A stretch of 64,000 bases of DNA, from positions 22,816,001 to 22,880,000 of the forward strand of contig NC_059440.1 in the NCBI RefSeq assembly GCF_021028975.2, given 5' to 3'. This stretch comes from Sphaerodactylus townsendi (lineage: Eukaryota). This document shows positions 61,519-64,000 of this stretch, in pieces. The translations under genes and the position numbers were made by a program. Each line of letters begins with the position of its first letter. Position 1 is the first letter of the stretch. The notes beneath the pieces were generated by a model. That model was not told where the DNA came from. It was given only the letters and a program-made list of their open reading frames with translations, and made no database searches.

Positions 61519-63847
61519 TTTATAATAATAAAACTTACACGATACGAGGATTTAAGGATTGAACTACAAAGACTCTGGCACAAACCAGTAAAGGTGGTCC
61601 CAGTGGTGATCGGCACACTGGGTGCAGTGCCTAAAGATCTTGAACGGCACTTAAAAACAATTGGCGCTGACAAAATCACCATATGTCAGCTGCAAAAGGC
61701 CACCCTACTCGGCTCTGCACGCATTATTCGTCAATACATCACACAGTCCTAGATGCTTGGGAAGTGTCCGACGTGTGATGTAATACAAAATCCAGCATAT
61801 TGATCTTGCTTGCTGTGTGTAACTGTTTTGTATAATAATATTGAATTATGTTCCAATGCCATTGCATATTAGTTTTCTTGTGACAGAACTCTTGTTGTAC
61901 TGCAAGGAATAGATTTAGTAAAGACTGCCACAAGTCCAAAATATCCAGCTACGGAGGAAAGTAGGAGTCACTGCTCTGATCTCCTACTACAGCCTGATTG
62001 ATTGGTTGGTTATATTTATATGCCATCCTAACCTTTGTGGGCTCAGGGCAGCTTCCAATCAAATAAAATACACCAAAATACAAAAATGTAAACAATTAAA
62101 TATCCTCGCTCTAAAACAGATGGCGACTCATATTGTAACTTATTATAGTCTGTTCTCATCTAATTTTGGGGAGGGGGTTAAGGGGGTAAGAGACTGGGAG
62201 GCCAGGTTGATAAACCGTTGCTGCCTCAACTGTAAGTCTGGGGGATCAGCTCTGGCCCCTTCCGCACATGCAGAATAATGCACTTTCAATCCACTCTCAC
62301 AATTGTTTGCAAGTCGCTTTTGCTGTTCTGCACAGTAAAATCCAGCTGCAAAGTGCATTGAAAGTGGATTGAAAGTGCACTATTCTGCATGTACAAAAGG
62401 GACTTTTGTCTCACAGAGTCTGCATAATTGCATCAGTTTATCTATTTAAAACATTTATTAGTTGCCTTTCTTACTTATGGAGCTCAAGGGGGCCTACCAT
62501 ATAAATAAAACACATTTTTAAAAGATTACATGAGAGGACATCACATTTAAAATCTCTGGGGTTTCAAATGCAAAGGCCCAGAGCCTATTCTCTGTGTTTG
62601 TTGGGCATCCCAGAAGGAATATCTTGTCTCCAGAGAGCAGGTACTCGACGGGATCAAGCCAGGCAGTTGATCACAGATTTGCAGACACGAGGAAAAGCAG
62701 CCCTCCCCACCTTCATCTGGTGCCTCCGCAAAACCGGACAGGAAGACCTGGCAATTCTGCTGAGCGAGGGATGCAACCGACCACAGCTGCAGCCAGTCCA
62801 TATAGAGTCAAATGTGGTCCACTCACATGCTGGACAAATTGACCCAGGTGTGTCCAAAGTGGGCTGATTTTGGTTCAGTTGGATCAGGGACCTCTGCATT
62901 CGGGGTTTGCTTGTGGGGCTGCGTGAATGCATTCTAATGTATCTCACACGTGATGACAGTTATTGGGTATCTCTGCTCATGCATGTGAGCTCATGTGTTT
63001 TGAGAAACGTCTTGGCTCTGCTCAGGACGAGGCTTAGGAAATCCAATTATCCCATACTTGCAGGTGTTGAGACAAGTGAATATTTACCTTCCCCAGCTCA
63101 GGAGAGATTCCAAGAACCAAGTTGTGAAACAACTGAGGGTAAGAACTCAATTATTTCCTGCTCATCTGCTTAAATTTTGCTTGTTCACCATTTTAACAGG
63201 GTAGGTGTATAAAAGGTAAAACACTATAACAGATACTACACCTTGGCGTACATAAACTCAATACTTGAGTCATAAACAAATTATTTACAATTGTGACAAT
63301 TGATTTATAATTCAGCTCTCTGAATAGAACCTGCTGACACAAGAGAACAGCTTTAGGTCTTTAAGAAGAGCCTGCATTTGAAATATCAATTTATTTCAGG
63401 TTATTGACATAATCTAATTGGCAACATTCAAAATGAAACCATATCCGGAGGTTTTATTGCCTCTAAAAGGCTCTTGTCACTTCACTTGTTGGATTTAAAT
63501 ATCCCTGGATTTATCATTAAATCTTGCTTCAGCATCTCTCTTCCTCCGTAGGCTTATTGATCAATCTGGGTAGGTGTGTTTTGCTCCAAAATACTAGAAT
63601 ATATGTGAATGTGTAATTCTTGTTTTGGGGTCTTTGAAAGAAACTCTTTGTGGGTGAGGATAGATGGGAAGTTGGTACTTATTCTTCCTTTGTGGGGGAT
63701 ATATATTAGACATCATAGAGATCCCACATTGAGCATCTAAGGACTAAGCCTTGCCTTGAGGTAATGGACTGGCATGTCATTTGAGTTTCCTAATCCTGTT
63801 TTTTTTTAGGTCCTGTAGAAAAGAGAACTTCAAGAAACGATGACATG
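60709..63847 (+). CDS. CASP9: Caspase-9, 5' part only: join(60709..60840,62634..62847,63064..63138,63810..63847,...)
   Basis: CARD domain [29 protein letters not shown]...[16 protein letters not shown]; head-to-head with DNAJC16 as in mammals; continues beyond the window. Confidence 0.94.
61148..61260 (+). mobile_element. Rex1/Babar-like LINE 3' tip with (ATTCT)n tail, inserted in a Harbinger MITE
   Basis: gacaaattccttgtgtgtccaatcacacttggccaataaa followed by (ATTCT)n; MITE halves flank it at 61113-61362. Confidence 0.6.
61443..61840 (+). mobile_element. (TAA)n microsatellite with an R4/Dong-clade LINE 3' fragment
   Basis: [35 protein letters not shown] peptide typical of the RLE-type C-terminus; flanked by TAA repeats. 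Confidence 0.75.
62254..62404. mobile_element. Short palindromic Harbinger MITE
   Basis: TIR GGCCCCTTCCGCACATGCAGAATAATGCAC. Confidence 0.8.
62634..62847 (+). CDS. CASP9: CASP9 exon 2
   Basis: [27 protein letters not shown]...QIDP; donor G|gtgtgt. Confidence 0.92.
63064..63138 (+). CDS. CASP9: CASP9 exon 3 (linker)
   Basis: ttgcag|GT ... G|gtaaga; 75 nt, phase 1-1, open frame [24 protein letters not shown]. Confidence 0.75.
63810..63847 (+). CDS. CASP9: CASP9 exon 4
   Basis: t10ag|GT...ATG|gtaagt; [12 protein letters not shown]; short phase 1-0 exon preceding the p20 domain. Confidence 0.8.
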
Positions 63848-64000
63848 GTAAGTTTTTTTTAAATACATATCTTGTGTGGTTTCATTTTCAGAGTTTGCCA
63901 AATGGAATTAACTTCAGCCTTGCTTTTCCACAGGACAGCAAAGTAAATTGAACAGTTTTATTAAAGGGAAAATAATAAAAGTACAAGCACACAATAATCA

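Noticed and set aside
61338-61752. Poly-Ile and poly-Asn ORFs
   Set aside because: Translation of an AAT microsatellite fused to a LINE fragment.

Overview
Vertebrate genomic DNA, not prokaryotic. It is a squamate reptile, most likely a gecko, judging from abundant Squam3-type, Sauria and 5S-derived SINEs and hAT/Harbinger MITEs. Five spliced genes were reconstructed by hand from GT-AG sites and reading frame: CDA (+, 4 coding exons, 14749-19062, 156 aa), PINK1 (+, 8 exons, 21396-27555, 578 aa), AGMAT (+, 7 coding exons, 31641-37776, about 396 aa), DNAJC16 (-, 14 coding exons, 56392-42213, 778 aa, plus a non-coding exon 1 near 59.1-59.3 kb) and the 5' part of CASP9 (+, from 60709, running off the window). 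DNAJC16/CASP9 are head-to-head and AGMAT/DNAJC16 are tail-to-tail with opposed polyA signals. An unidentified minus-strand gene may start near 2.2 kb. Introns and intergenic DNA hold many nested transposable elements with readable TSDs, a solo ERV LTR and a 130-N gap. I see no new multi-gene system. The most interesting points are a wild-type Ser at the human PINK1 G411S position, a possible N-terminally extended CDA, PINK1-AGMAT adjacency without DDOST, RFX X-boxes at three 5' ends, and TE insertions at splice signals. Comparisons with human sequences are from memory and need alignment checks.
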